From an uncultured Chloroflexia bacterium (GTDB lineage Bacteria; Chloroflexota; Limnocylindria; Limnocylindrales; CSP1-4), in assembly GCA_963817745.1 (NCBI GenBank), contig CAWFPC010000006.1, positions 261,286-325,285 on the forward strand: a stretch of 64,000 bases of DNA. Reading direction: 5' to 3'. The notes beneath the pieces were generated by a model. That model was given only the letters and a program-made list of their open reading frames with translations, was not told where the DNA came from and searched no databases. Shown here one piece after another: positions 49,208 to 59,121 of this stretch (positions are counted from its first letter, which is position 1; every line of letters begins with the position of its first letter). The translations under genes and the position numbers were made by a program.

Positions 49208-50380
49208 ATGACCGACGAGACGAACGATCCGATCCCCGAGATCGTCGATCTTCCGAGCCCGGGGCGAGGCGGCTCCTCCCGTCCGCCCGACGGTGGGTCG
49301 TCATCCGGTCGACTCGATCGGCCGGCCGTCGAGCGCGGCGGGTGGTCCACGGGCGCGACGCCGACACCAGCGCCGACACCGACAGCGATCGTCGGAGGCC
49401 GCGCCGGCTCGCGGGTGCCGTTCGCACGCCGACGGCCTCGCCCGCGCGCCCGAGGTTCGGCGAGGGCACGCTGATCGCCTGCGACAACCTCGTGAAGATC
49501 TACAAGGTCGCCGACCTCGAGGTCATCGCCCTGCAGGGTCTGGACCTGCTCGTCGAGGCGGGCGAGTTCATCGCGCTGATCGGTGCGTCCGGATCGGGCA
49601 AGAGCACGCTCATGAACATCCTTGGCGGGCTCGACGAGCCGTCGGCCGGGCGGGCCGTCGTCGCCGGGCATCAACTCGGCGAGATGGGCTCGCGTGAGCT
49701 CACCGACTACCGACGGCGGGTGATCGGGTTCGTCTGGCAGCAGACCGGGCGCAACCTGCTCCCGTACCTGTCGGCGCTCGAGAACGTGATGCTGCCGATG
49801 GTGCTCAACGGGGTCGCCTCCGACGCCCGCGACGGGCAGGCGCGCGAGTTGCTCCGCCGGGTCGGGTTGGCCGACCGCGCCGACCATCGGCCCGAGCGGC
49901 TGTCGGGCGGCGAGCAGCAACGGGTCGCGATCGCGGTCGCGCTGGCGAACCAGCCGGCCGTGCTCCTTGCCGACGAGCCGACGGGCGAGCTCGACACGGC
50001 CACGGCCCACGAGATCTTCGACCTGCTGCGCGAAGTGAACCGCGAGCTCGGCGTGACGATCGTGGTGGTCACCCACGACCCGCTCGTCAGCGACCAGGTC
50101 AAGCGGACCGTGGCGATCCGCGACGGCCGGGTGAGCAGCGAGGTCCTGCGGCGAGCACGCCGAACTGGCCGGCTCGACCGGCGAGCACCACCTCGTCGCC
50201 ACCGAATACGCCGTGCTCGACCGGGTCGGTCGCCTGCAGCTGCCGCGATCCCAGGTCGAGGCGTTGGGCCTGGAACGGCGCGTCCGGCTGGAGCTGGTCG
50301 ACGATCACATCGAGATCTGGCCGGACGAAGCGGGCGGCAACGGCACCGGCCGGCCATCCTCGGATGGGGGCGCGTCGTGA
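49208..50380 (+). pseudogene. MacB-type ABC ATPase with a C-terminal extension, apparent frameshift(s). The N-terminus is ambiguous.
   Basis: GASGSGKSTLMN, LSGGEQQRVAIAVAL, LLADEPTGELD. A frame change at ~50150 leads to ...EYAVLDRVGRLQLPRSQVEALGLERRVRLELVDDHIEIWP. The start is the ATG at 49208 (needs a shift) or the GTG at 49342. Confidence 0.82.
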
Positions 50381-50463
50381 CCGGATCGATCGTCCGGCCG
50401 ACCGGCGTCGCGGAGAGACCGCGGCGCGACGCCGCGTCCTATGGCCCGAGCGCATCGGCGCCG

Positions 50464-51145
50464 ATGGTCGAGACGCACGGGCTCAGCCGCGACTACCAGT
50501 CCGGCTCGGCGGTCGTGCATGCCGTCCGCAACGTCGACTTGCTGGTCGAGCGGGGCGAGCTGGTCGCCGTGCGCGGTCGGTCGGGCTCCGGGCAAGACGA
50601 CGTTGCTGTCGCTCATCGGCGGGCTCGACCGGCCGTCGTCAGGGACCGTCGCGGTCGACGGCGAGTCGGTCGACACGATGAGCCAGGCCGGGCTCGTCGA
50701 GTTGCGCCGGCGGAAGATCGGCTTCGTGTTCCAGGCCTTCGGGCTGTTGCCGATCCTGTCGGCGAGCGAGAACGTCGAAGTGCCGATGCGCCTCGTCGGC
50801 GCCGATCCCCAGGAGCGCGAGGAGCGCGTCGCGACGCTGCTGGAGCTGGTCGGGCTTGGGGAGCGCGGCCGCCACCGACCGCACGAGCTGTCGGGCGGGG
50901 AGCAGCAGCGCGTGGCGATCGCCCGGGCGCTCGCCAACCGGCCGGACCTGCTGCTCGCCGACGAGCCGACCGGGCAGCTCGACTCGCACACGGGCCGCTC
51001 GATCATGGGGCTGCTCCGGACCGTGGTGCAGCGCGAAGGCGTGACGGCGATCGTGGCGACCCACGACCCGATGCTGATCGATCTGGCCGACCGGGTGGTG
51101 GAGCTGCACGACGGGCGCGTCATGGATGGAGCCAAGGCCGGCTGA
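50464..51145 (+). pseudogene. Second MacB-type ABC ATPase, frameshift inside Walker A
   Basis: MVETHGLSRDY...GRSGSG, then one extra base at ~50594 gives QDDVAV in place of KTTLLSLIGG. LSGGEQQRVAIARAL and LLADEPTGQLD lie in the next frame. The GTG at 50377 (GTGA overlap) is an alternative start. Confidence 0.85.
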
Positions 51146-51215
51146 CGCGTCCGTCGCGCGGTGCCGTGCGATGATTCCCGGCACGACCTCGCGATATCGC
51201 ATCGAAGGAGACCCG

Positions 51216-51581
51216 ATGGCGGCCCCGACCACCGTCGACGAGTACATCGCCGCCCTGCCGGACGATCGCCGCGCCGCGATCGAGGAGCTTCGCCGGACGA
51301 TCAGGGCCGCGGCGCCCGACGCGATCGAATCGATCGCGTACCTGATGCCCGCGTTCCGGACCCACGGGCAGTTCCTCGTGTCGTACGCGGCGTTCAAGAA
51401 CCACTACAGCATGTTCCCGGCGAGCGAGGCGGTGGTGGATGCGCTCGGCGACGAGCTCACGCCGTACCTGGCGGGGAAGGGCACGCTCCGCTTCGCCGCC
51501 GACAAGCCGATCCCGGCGGCGACCGTGACGAGGATCGTCGAGGTCCGCGTCGCGGAGAACGAGGCCTACGCCGCTCGCTGA
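51216..51581 (+). CDS. DUF1801-domain protein (YdhG-like)
   Basis: AAGGAG RBS. Reads TVDEYIAALPDDRRAAIEELRRTIRAAAPDAIESIAYLMPAF. Confidence 0.85.
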   Translation: MAAPTTVDEYIAALPDDRRAAIEELRRTIRAAAPDAIESIAYLMPAFRTHGQFLVSYAAFKNHYSMFPASEAVVDALGDELTPYLAGKGTLRFAADKPIPAATVTRIVEVRVAENEAYAAR

Positions 51582-51597
51582 GCGGAGCGCGGGACCG

Positions 51598-51808
51598 TTA
51601 GCCGGACCCCGGTGGGCGCGCGTAGCGCCGGGCCTGTGCGATCGACCAGATCGCGAGCACGGCGTTCCCGGCGACGAGCACGAGCGTCACTGGAGTGGGC
51701 GCAAGTTCTCCGGTCAGGATGAGGACCGCGGTCGACAGCCACGCCGGCCGCGATCAAGATCGCGAAAGCCACCCAGACTCGGAAGAGGTCCTGCCTCGGC
51801 TGGTCCAC
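51598..51808 (-). CDS. Possible small two-TM protein (needs one frame change)
   Basis: ...LFRVWVAFAILIAAGVAV / STAVLILTGELAPTPVTLVLVAGNAVLAIWSIAQARRY, read across two frames. Weak. Confidence 0.25.
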
Positions 51809-51815
51809 GGCCGGA

Positions 51816-52457
51816 TCATGATCCGCGGGTGTCACCACGGTCAACGCCGTCGGTCGACGACTTGAGCCGCCCGATCCCCGGGAGGAACCGCCCGGTCCGG
51901 GCCGCGTACCGCCGGTACGCGTCGCCGTGCACACGGATCAGATACGGCTCCTCGACGAGCCGGACCTGGATCTCGAGGCCGGTCAGGACCACGAGGACCA
52001 TCGCGAGGGCGAGCACGTTCGGGACCATGAGCGCCAGGCCCAGGACGACGGTCGCAGTGCCGCTGAAGATCGGGTTCCGAACGTAGCGGAAGGGTCCACC
52101 CGTGACCAGGGGCGTGGTCACATCCGGATCGACGTCTCCGCGCCACGAATCGCCCATCGTCGCCTGTGCGCCCAGGGTCAGCGCGGTCCCGGCCACGATC
52201 AGGGCGACGCCGAGCCATCGGACCACCGGGTGGTCGAACGCAGCGATCGCGGGGAGGCCGGCCAGCTCGGCGATCGGCGTCGCGAAGGCGAGCGCGACGC
52301 CCAGCACGGAGATCAGCCTCGCCCACCACTGCGGGGAGCCGCGACGACTTCGGGCGAGGACATCGACGTCGCCCGTGCGCCGCATCCGGCGGTACGTCGG
52401 GATGCCCGAGACGAGCCCGATCCAGGCGATGGTCAGGATGAGGGCGAGCACGGCCAC
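51816..52457 (-). CDS. Isoprenylcysteine carboxyl methyltransferase (ICMT/PEMT-like) family membrane protein
   Basis: Intact. Polytopic, with LVTGGPFRYVRNPIFSG...EEPYLIRVHGDAYRRYAARTGRFLP. Confidence 0.85.
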   Translation of the reverse strand: MAVLALILTIAWIGLVSGIPTYRRMRRTGDVDVLARSRRGSPQWWARLISVLGVALAFATPIAELAGLPAIAAFDHPVVRWLGVALIVAGTALTLGAQATMGDSWRGDVDPDVTTPLVTGGPFRYVRNPIFSGTATVVLGLALMVPNVLALAMVLVVLTGLEIQVRLVEEPYLIRVHGDAYRRYAARTGRFLPGIGRLKSSTDGVDRGDTRGS

Positions 52458-52535
52458 GACCTCGCCATCGTAGCCCCGGCGCCGCGTCGGACTTGCGCCC
52501 TGTTGCGACGACCATTCGAATTGCTGGCCGACTGC

Positions 52536-53308
52536 CTACTGGCGGGTTCGGTCCACCTTCGCGTAGACGTGATACGTCTCGACCTCGCGGAATTCCCATC
52601 GAGCGGTAGACCGGCGCACCGAGCTCCGACGCCTGCAGCCAGGCCAGGTCGGCCCCGGCTTCGAAGCCGTCTCGGATCGCCCGCTCCGTGACCGCGCGAC
52701 CGTAGCCACGCCGTCGGTGCTCCGCGGGCGTCGCCACGTTGTAGATGCCGACCGCTCCGTCCCCCAGCCAGCTGCAGGCCGTCGAGACGGCGACGCCGTC
52801 GACCCGAGCCTCATAGACGGCGAAACCGGGCGTCGCCATGATGCTCGAATACATCGCCTCGAAGATCGGCAATGGCCCCTCGAAACCGGCGGCGGCAACG
52901 CCGATCGTTGCGCCCACCTCATCCGCGGTGATGCGCCGGACCTCGGCACCGTTCGCCGGAGCGTCGAGGAGGGCCCCCGGCTCGACGCTCATCGCAGGCA
53001 CCGTTTCCTCGAGGTGGAAGCCGAGCGCCGAGGCGATCCGAATCGAATGGACCCGCGGCGCCCGCACGAACGAGCAGCCAGCACTGGACGCCGGCCGTGT
53101 CGACCTCACCGATCGCTCGTGACAACTCCTCGGGCGACACCTCACCGTCGATCCACAGGCCGTTGAAGCCGGGCAGCGGGATCGGCGGGCATACGGCCAC
53201 CGCGTAGCCGTCGCGCAGCTCGATCCACGAGTCCGCGAGACGCGGCATCGCCGCGACGAAGCTCTTGACGAGCCCGCTATGCAATCGATCGGCGTCGCTT
53301 GCCGTCAT
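52536..53308 (-). pseudogene. GNAT-family N-acetyltransferase (two-lobed), two apparent frameshifts
   Basis: C-terminal lobe VYEARVDGVAVSTACSWLGDGAVGIYNVATPAEHRRRGYGRAVT. Frame changes at ~53055 and ~52590. Ends FREVETYHVYAKV. Confidence 0.8.
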
Positions 53309-53414
53309 CTTTTCCACCAGATGTTGTCTCAGAGCCGTCGATTTCTCGGCCGTCCGTCGACGCCCGCGACGTAGTATGCCCGCGAGAACTCACCGGGCTT
53401 CAGGAGGTTCCGTC

Positions 53415-53735
53415 ATGGCCAAGTACCTCATCCACGGCAGCTATACCGTCGAAGGCATTCGCGGTGTGCGCAAGGAGGGCGGCACGGGCCGCGTCGATGC
53501 CGTCCGGAAGCTTGCGACCTCCGTCGGCGGGTCGGTCGAATCCTTCTACTTCGCGTTCGGGGGTGACGACTACTACGTCGTCGTGGACCTGCCCGACAAC
53601 GTGGCCGCCGCCGCGGTCGTTACCGCCGTCGCGGCGACCGGTGCCGCCAGTGTCAAGACCACCATCCTGCTCACGCCGGAAGAGGTCGACGCCGCCAGCA
53701 AGGTGGAGGTCTCGTATCGCCCGCCAGGGGCGTGA
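53415..53735 (+). CDS. GYD-domain protein
   Basis: CAGGAGG RBS. Reads MAKYLIHGSYTVEGIRGVRKEGGTGRVDAVRKLATSVGGSVESFYFAFGGDDYYVVVDLPD. Confidence 0.88.
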   Translation: MAKYLIHGSYTVEGIRGVRKEGGTGRVDAVRKLATSVGGSVESFYFAFGGDDYYVVVDLPDNVAAAAVVTAVAATGAASVKTTILLTPEEVDAASKVEVSYRPPGA

Positions 53736-54159
53736 GGTTCCGACACACCTGAGTCACGTCCGACCGTCGACCGGAGCGGCGGATTCGGTGTAACGCCGGC
53801 TCCTGCATGGCGTCCTCCGGACTGACAGAGGGGAGGACGATGACGACAGGCAAGCCCGATGTTCAGGGGCGATCGCCCGTCTGGCGAAGGGGGAGTGACG
53901 CCCGAACCCGGGGAGCGCGACGAGGTTGAGTACCACCAGCCGGTCGTCGCTATCGGCGACGTAGGAGAACAGCGTGTGGTGGATCGACCTCGACGGCGAG
54001 CTGGCGACGCTCGACGCCGCGCTGCGTGCTGCAGCAGAACCCGAGTAGTCCCCGTCATCGGTGACACACCCGGGTCACCTTGGGCTGCGTATTCTGCAGG
54101 CAACCAATCGGGCGCCACGCTGATGGGGTCCGGTACGCTGCTGCCGTGAGGTCGGGAGC

Positions 54160-57100
54160 GTGACGGCCATCCTCTGCGCGACCTGCGGCACGGAGGCGGC
54201 GGCAGGTCAGCATTTCTGCGGCAACTGTGGCGTGGCACTGGCGATCGTCTGTGCAGCGTGCGGGACGGCTAACCCGCCGGATCATCGGTTCTGCGGCCAG
54301 TGCGGCAACGCGCTCGAGTCGGGGATCGCGCGAGCGACGACGTCGACGCCACCGGTTTCGCGACCAAGCGGCCAGACGCCGGCATCGATCGCGGATGCCG
54401 CATTGGCGCCGGCCACGCCGGTGGCGCCCCCTGCGACATCGGCAGCGCCGGTTGCGGAGCGCCGGCTCGTCAGTGTGCTGTTCGCCGACCTCGTCGGGTT
54501 CACGCCCTTCTCGGAGGGGCGCGACGCCGAGGACGTGCGCGAGGCGCTTACTCGGTATTTCGGCATCGCGACCGAGACGATCACGCGCCACGGCGGGGTC
54601 GTCGAGAAGTTCATCGGCGATGCGGTCATGGCCGTCTGGGGCACCCCGACCGCGCATGAGGACGACGCCGAGCGCGCGGTCCGGGCCGCCCTCGAGCTCG
54701 TGGCGGCCGTGCCGGCTGTCGCGCCCGGCATCTTGGCTCGCTGCGGCGTCCTGACCGGCGAGGCCGCGGTCACCATCGGCGCGACGAACCAGGGGATGGT
54801 GGCCGGCGACATCGTGAACACCGCGGCGCGGCTGCAGTCGGCCGCGGCACCGTCGACCGTGCTCGTCGGAGAGTCGACGTTCCGCGCCGCCTCGGGCGCG
54901 ATCGCGTTCGAGCCCGCGGGCGAGCACGCGCTCAAGGGCAAGGCGGCGCCGGTTCTGACCTGGCAGGCCCTCCGCATCGTCGCCGAGCGCGGCGGGCGGG
55001 GCCGGGTCGAGGGCCTCGACGCGCCGTTCGTCGGCCGGGACGTGGAGCTGCGCCTGCTCAAGGAGCTGTTCCACGCAACCGGGTCGGAGCGTCGCATCCG
55101 GCACGTCTCGGTGATCGGCACCGGCGGCATCGGCAAGAGCCGGCTCGCGTGGGAGCTGAAGAAGTACCTCGACGGCATCGCCGAACCCGTCTACTGGCAC
55201 CGCGGGCGCTCGCCGGCGTACGGGGAGGGGATCACGTTCTGGGCGCTCGGCGAGATCGTCCGCGCTCGGGCGGGCCTGGCCGAGAGCGACGACGACGCGA
55301 CGGTCCGCGCCCGGATCGGCGCGTTGCTGGACGAGCGGATGCCCGAGTCGCCGGATCGCGCGCGGGTCGAATCCGCGCTTCTGCAGCTGCTCGGCGTCGC
55401 CGGGGACGTGCCGCCCGAGGAGCTGTTCGGGGCGTGGCGGACGTTCTTCGAGCACCTCGCGGCATCGGGCACGGTCGTGCTCGTGTTCGAGGACCTCCAC
55501 TGGGCGGACGCGGGCACGCTCGACTTCGTCGACCACCTGGTCGACTGGGCGCGCGACCACCCGATTTGCGTGCTGTCGCTCGCCCGGCCCGAGCTGCTCG
55601 AGCGGCAGCCGGAGTGGGGGACACCGCGCCGCGGTCACGCGAGCCTCGTTCTGGAGTCGCTGCCGGATCGGGACATGCGGCGGCTGCTCGCGGGTCTTGT
55701 GCCGGCCCTCCCCGAGAAGACCGCCACGGCGATCGTCGCTCGGGCAGAAGGGGTGCCGCTGTACGCGGTCGAGATGGTCCGAATGCTCCTGTCGAGCGGG
55801 CAGCTGAGGCTGGGCGACGCCGGCGTGCTCGAGCCGGCGGGCGACCTCGGTGAGCTGGCCGATCTCGCCGTTCCGGAGACGCTCACGGCGCTGATCGCCG
55901 CCCGACTCGACGCGCTCGCGCCACCGGATCGGGCGCTTGTCCTCGACGCCGCGGTCCTGGGTCAGAGCTTTGCTCCGGCGGGACTCGCTGCGGTCTCCGG
56001 CCGGACCGAGGCGGAGCTCGAGCCTCGTCTCCGGTCGCTCGTCCGCCGCGAGCTCCTCACTCACGTGGTCGACCCACGCTCGCCCGAGCGTGGGCACTAC
56101 GTGTTCGTCCAGACGCTCATTCGTGAGGTCGCCTACCGGACGCTCGCGAAGGCCGACCGCAAGTCCCGTCACGTCGCCGTCGCTCGCTGGCTCGAATCGC
56201 TCGGTGATCCCGAGCTCGTCGCCGCGTTCGGCGGCCACTACCTCTCGGCCTTGCGTCTGGTTGGGCCCGGCAAGGAGGCCGACGAGCTGGCCGTGAAGGC
56301 CCGAGTGGCACTCCGGGCGGCCGGCGACCGTGCGACTTCGCTAGGCGCCCCGCGCCAGGCGATGTCGTTCTACGAGGACGCACTCGGCCTCACTTCGGAC
56401 CCGGTCGGCCAGGCCGAGCTGTTGATGCTCGCCGGGGAGAAGGCCCTCGCGTCGGCCGAGTTCGATGCCGCGGACGCGCACCTCGCTCGGGCCGTCGAGC
56501 TCCGTCGGACACTCGGCGACCGGCAGGCGCTCGCCCGAGCCCTCGCGGAACGCGCGCGCGTGCTGCTCGGCGCCGTGCGGTTCGACCAGGCGGCGGCGGT
56601 CATCGAGCCCGCGATCGCTGAGTTCAGCGACCTCGCGGCCGATCCCGCCGTCCTGCCGCTGCGCGACCAACACGCGCGCCTGGTATTCCTCTCCGGCTCT
56701 CCCGAGCGCGCGATCGAGCTCGCGGAGCCGCTCCTCGACCTCGCCGAGGGGTCCGACCAGCCGGCGATCCTCGCCAGCTCCCTGATTACGATCGGCTCGG
56801 CGTTTTCGATGCTCGGGCGTCACGCTGAGGGCCGGCCGCTTCTCGCTCGCGCGTGCCGGATCGTCGAGGAGAACGGGCCGACCAGCCTGCACCTCCGCGC
56901 GTTGAGCAACGCCTACCTCCTGGAGGCCGACGAGGATGTGGCGAAAGCGTGGGAGCTCGGCTTGGAGGCCCACGCGCTCGCCACGCGCCTGGGCGAGCTC
57001 GTTCACGCCCATCGGATCGCAGGGACCCTGTCCAGCTCAGCGATCTGGCTGGGCTACGTCGATGCGGGCGAGCGCATGATCGCGTCCGCCCTCGACGACA

Positions 57101-57735
57101 CGACGGACCCGATCGACCGCGCGCTGCCCCTGGGCTCGCTCGTTGTCCAGCGAATCTGGCGCGGCGAGCCGTACGCGGAGGAGATGGCCGAGCTCCTTGC
57201 GACAGCGGAGGGACGAACGGAGGGCATCTGGCGGATCACTCGCGACGAGCTCCTCGGCTACGCAGCCCTGGACGAGGGCCGTATCGACGACGCCCGCGCC
57301 CTCTGGCGACCGATCGCTCCCGACCCGGACACTTTCGCGCTTGTCCAGCTGGTCGCGCACTTGGACCTCTGGCAGGCCGACCCCGATGCGGGCGAGCGGA
57401 TGATCGATGACGGCGTGAACAACCTTCCCGACGCCGGCGCGAGCGCCGTGGTTCGCCGAGCTTTGGCTGCAGGCATCACCGGCCTCCGCGGTGACAGAGC
57501 GGCGGCGCTCGATTCCTACCGCGAGATCATGCCGGCCGTTCGCGAGTGCCATGTCCCGCTGCAGGACGTGCTGTTCGCGATCGATTTGGTCTACGTCATC
57601 GGACCGGCGGACCCATTCGTCGCGGGGGAGGTAGCGCTGGCCCGGGAGACGATCGACCGCCTCGGGTCGCCGCTGCTGCTCCGACACCTCGAGGCGGCTG
57701 TGGCGCACGGGCCACATGCCATCACCGGAGGGTAG
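54160..57735 (+). CDS. Double zinc ribbon + class III adenylate/guanylate cyclase + AAA(AAA_16)-type NTPase + helical/TPR-like repeats (STAND-like signalling protein)
   Basis: Intact 1191 aa. CATCG..CGNCG..CAACG..CGQCG. Cyclase motifs [32 protein letters not shown]-loop [12 protein letters not shown]. Walker B-like [11 protein letters not shown]. Long alpha-helical C-terminus with no HTH recognised. Confidence 0.9.
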   Translation: MTAILCATCGTEAAAGQHFCGNCGVALAIVCAACGTANPPDHRFCGQCGNALESGIARATTSTPPVSRPSGQTPASIADAALAPATPVAPPATSAAPVAERRLVSVLFADLVGFTPFSEGRDAEDVREALTRYFGIATETITRHGGVVEKFIGDAVMAVWGTPTAHEDDAERAVRAALELVAAVPAVAPGILARCGVLTGEAAVTIGATNQGMVAGDIVNTAARLQSAAAPSTVLVGESTFRAASGAIAFEPAGEHALKGKAAPVLTWQALRIVAERGGRGRVEGLDAPFVGRDVELRLLKELFHATGSERRIRHVSVIGTGGIGKSRLAWELKKYLDGIAEPVYWHRGRSPAYGEGITFWALGEIVRARAGLAESDDDATVRARIGALLDERMPESPDRARVESALLQLLGVAGDVPPEELFGAWRTFFEHLAASGTVVLVFEDLHWADAGTLDFVDHLVDWARDHPICVLSLARPELLERQPEWGTPRRGHASLVLESLPDRDMRRLLAGLVPALPEKTATAIVARAEGVPLYAVEMVRMLLSSGQLRLGDAGVLEPAGDLGELADLAVPETLTALIAARLDALAPPDRALVLDAAVLGQSFAPAGLAAVSGRTEAELEPRLRSLVRRELLTHVVDPRSPERGHYVFVQTLIREVAYRTLAKADRKSRHVAVARWLESLGDPELVAAFGGHYLSALRLVGPGKEADELAVKARVALRAAGDRATSLGAPRQAMSFYEDALGLTSDPVGQAELLMLAGEKALASAEFDAADAHLARAVELRRTLGDRQALARALAERARVLLGAVRFDQAAAVIEPAIAEFSDLAADPAVLPLRDQHARLVFLSGSPERAIELAEPLLDLAEGSDQPAILASSLITIGSAFSMLGRHAEGRPLLARACRIVEENGPTSLHLRALSNAYLLEADEDVAKAWELGLEAHALATRLGELVHAHRIAGTLSSSAIWLGYVDAGERMIASALDDTTDPIDRALPLGSLVVQRIWRGEPYAEEMAELLATAEGRTEGIWRITRDELLGYAALDEGRIDDARALWRPIAPDPDTFALVQLVAHLDLWQADPDAGERMIDDGVNNLPDAGASAVVRRALAAGITGLRGDRAAALDSYREIMPAVRECHVPLQDVLFAIDLVYVIGPADPFVAGEVALARETIDRLGSPLLLRHLEAAVAHGPHAITGG

Positions 57736-57796
57736 GCGTTCGTCGTGACGCCAGGCTGTGGTCATCAAGGGGACTTGACCAACCCCGCAGACCGGG

Positions 57797-57823
57797 GAGA
57801 CCCGCCCATCGTGGGCGGGTCTC
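57797..57823 (+). terminator. Intrinsic terminator between the convergent cyclase and msrA genes
   Basis: Perfect 11-bp stem GAGACCCGCCC / GGGCGGGTCTC with a 5-nt loop, followed by TGTTCG. Confidence 0.7.
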
Positions 57824-57848
57824 TGTTCGAAGGCCTCGGTGACCAGGC

Positions 57849-58529
57849 CTAATCCACGTATTGCAGCGGTGTGACCACGAAGTCGTCCGGCAGCTTCACG
57901 CCGGTCGAATGGTTCGGGCAGTAGCCGCGCGGGTTCTTGTCGAGGTACTGCTGGTGGTAGTCCTCGGCGTAGTAGAACGGGTTCGACGCGGCGTCGACGA
58001 TCTCGGTCGTGATCGTGCCGTAGCCCGCCTTCGACAACTGCTCCTGGTACATCGCCTTCGAGGCCTCGGCGGCAGCCCGCTGCTCGTCGTCGGCGACGAT
58101 GATGATCGAGCGGTAGCTGGTGCCGCGGTCGTTGCCCTGGCGCATGCCCTGGGTCGGGTCGTGGGCCTCCCAGAAGGTCTTGAGCAGCTGCTCGTAGCGT
58201 GATCCTTGACGGGTCGTAGGCGACCAGCACCACCTCGGCGTGACCGGTCCGCTCCGAGCAGACCTCCTCGTATGTCGGGTTCGGGGTGTGGCCACCGGCA
58301 TAGCCGACGGCGGTCGTCACGACGCCGGGGAGCTGCCAGAAATCCTTCTCGTCGCCCCAGAAGCAGCCGAGGCCGAACACGGCCGTGCGGGTGCCCTCCG
58401 GCCACGGGCCGGCGATCGGCGTGCCCAGGACGCGGTGCATGCCCGGCCGGGGAGGATCGGATCGGAGCGACCGGGGAGGGATTCGGCGGGGGAGGGGATG
58501 GACTGTGGCTTGGACGTGAAGAACCTCAT
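57849..58529 (-). pseudogene. msrA: Peptide-methionine (S)-S-oxide reductase MsrA, two apparent frameshifts
   Basis: [28 protein letters not shown], shift at ~58440, then [52 protein letters not shown], shift at ~58205, then [30 protein letters not shown]...YHQQYL. Confidence 0.9.
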
Positions 58530-58535
58530 GGCCGA

Positions 58536-58541
58536 AGTGTA
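58536..58541 (-). promoter_or_regulatory. -10-like hexamer TACACT exactly 6 nt upstream of the msrA ATG (leaderless-type)
   Basis: The minus strand reads TACACT-tcggcc-ATG. Confidence 0.45.
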
Positions 58542-58660
58542 GGACGGGTCCGCGTCAGTTCGATGACGAATCGACGGGCCTCAGACGGCTCTCAGATGCC
58601 GCCGCGACGCTTGCCCTGCCTGCGCGGGCAACCATCGCAACCCTCAGCGAAGGAGCACCC

Positions 58661-59086
58661 ATGGAACCCATCGATCCCCCCATCGAGTCGCCGCCGCTCG
58701 TGCCGCGACCGGTGACCCCATCGCCGGGCGACGTCGAGACCTCGGCGACCAGCCAGGCGCCTGCCGCCACGTCGAACGTCATCGGGGGTGCACGTCGCAC
58801 CCTGGCGACGCTCGCGCTCGCGGCCGGCCTGCTGGTCGTCGGCGGGACGGCGGTCGTGCTGGCCGCCAGCCCGGAACCGTCGGCGACCCCGGCCCCCACC
58901 ACCGAGACGCAGCCGTCGACCGACGGTTCGACCGCGCCGAGCGATCACGCCCGCGGCGATTGCCCGGACCCCGACGGCGGTGGCGACTCGAATGGCTCGG
59001 GCGGCTCGGACGACGGCAGCAGCAGCGCGCCGTCGACGCCGTCCGCCGACCCGACTCCCACGCCGGCCTCCGAATCCGAGGTCTAG
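58661..59086 (+). CDS. Hypothetical single-pass membrane protein with Pro/Ser/Thr/Asp-rich flanks
   Basis: GAAGGAG RBS. TM helix LATLALAAGLLVVGGTAVVLA. Low-complexity ectodomain. Confidence 0.6.
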   Translation: MEPIDPPIESPPLVPRPVTPSPGDVETSATSQAPAATSNVIGGARRTLATLALAAGLLVVGGTAVVLAASPEPSATPAPTTETQPSTDGSTAPSDHARGDCPDPDGGGDSNGSGGSDDGSSSAPSTPSADPTPTPASESEV

Positions 59087-59109
59087 CCACGATGCCGCCC
59101 CCGGGCGGC

Positions 59110-59115
59110 TAGCAT
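59110..59115 (+). promoter_or_regulatory. -10-like hexamer TAGCAT exactly 6 nt upstream of the serine-hydrolase ATG (leaderless-type)
   Basis: TAGCAT-cgggcc-ATG. Confidence 0.45.
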
Positions 59116-59121
59116 CGGGCC

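Noticed and set aside
53974-54048. The mini-ORF MWWIDLD... as a tryptophan attenuation leader.
   Set aside because: The downstream gene is a signalling protein, not a trp biosynthesis gene. Only one weak 6-bp hairpin follows, and no alternative terminator/antiterminator pairing is evident.
54160-57735. The cyclase gene as the core of a CBASS- or Pycsar-like cyclic-nucleotide defence system.
   Set aside because: No adjacent effector (TIR, patatin, TM, endonuclease or nucleotide-sensor gene) is present. The neighbours are GYD and msrA. The architecture matches actinobacterial cyclase-ATPase regulators.
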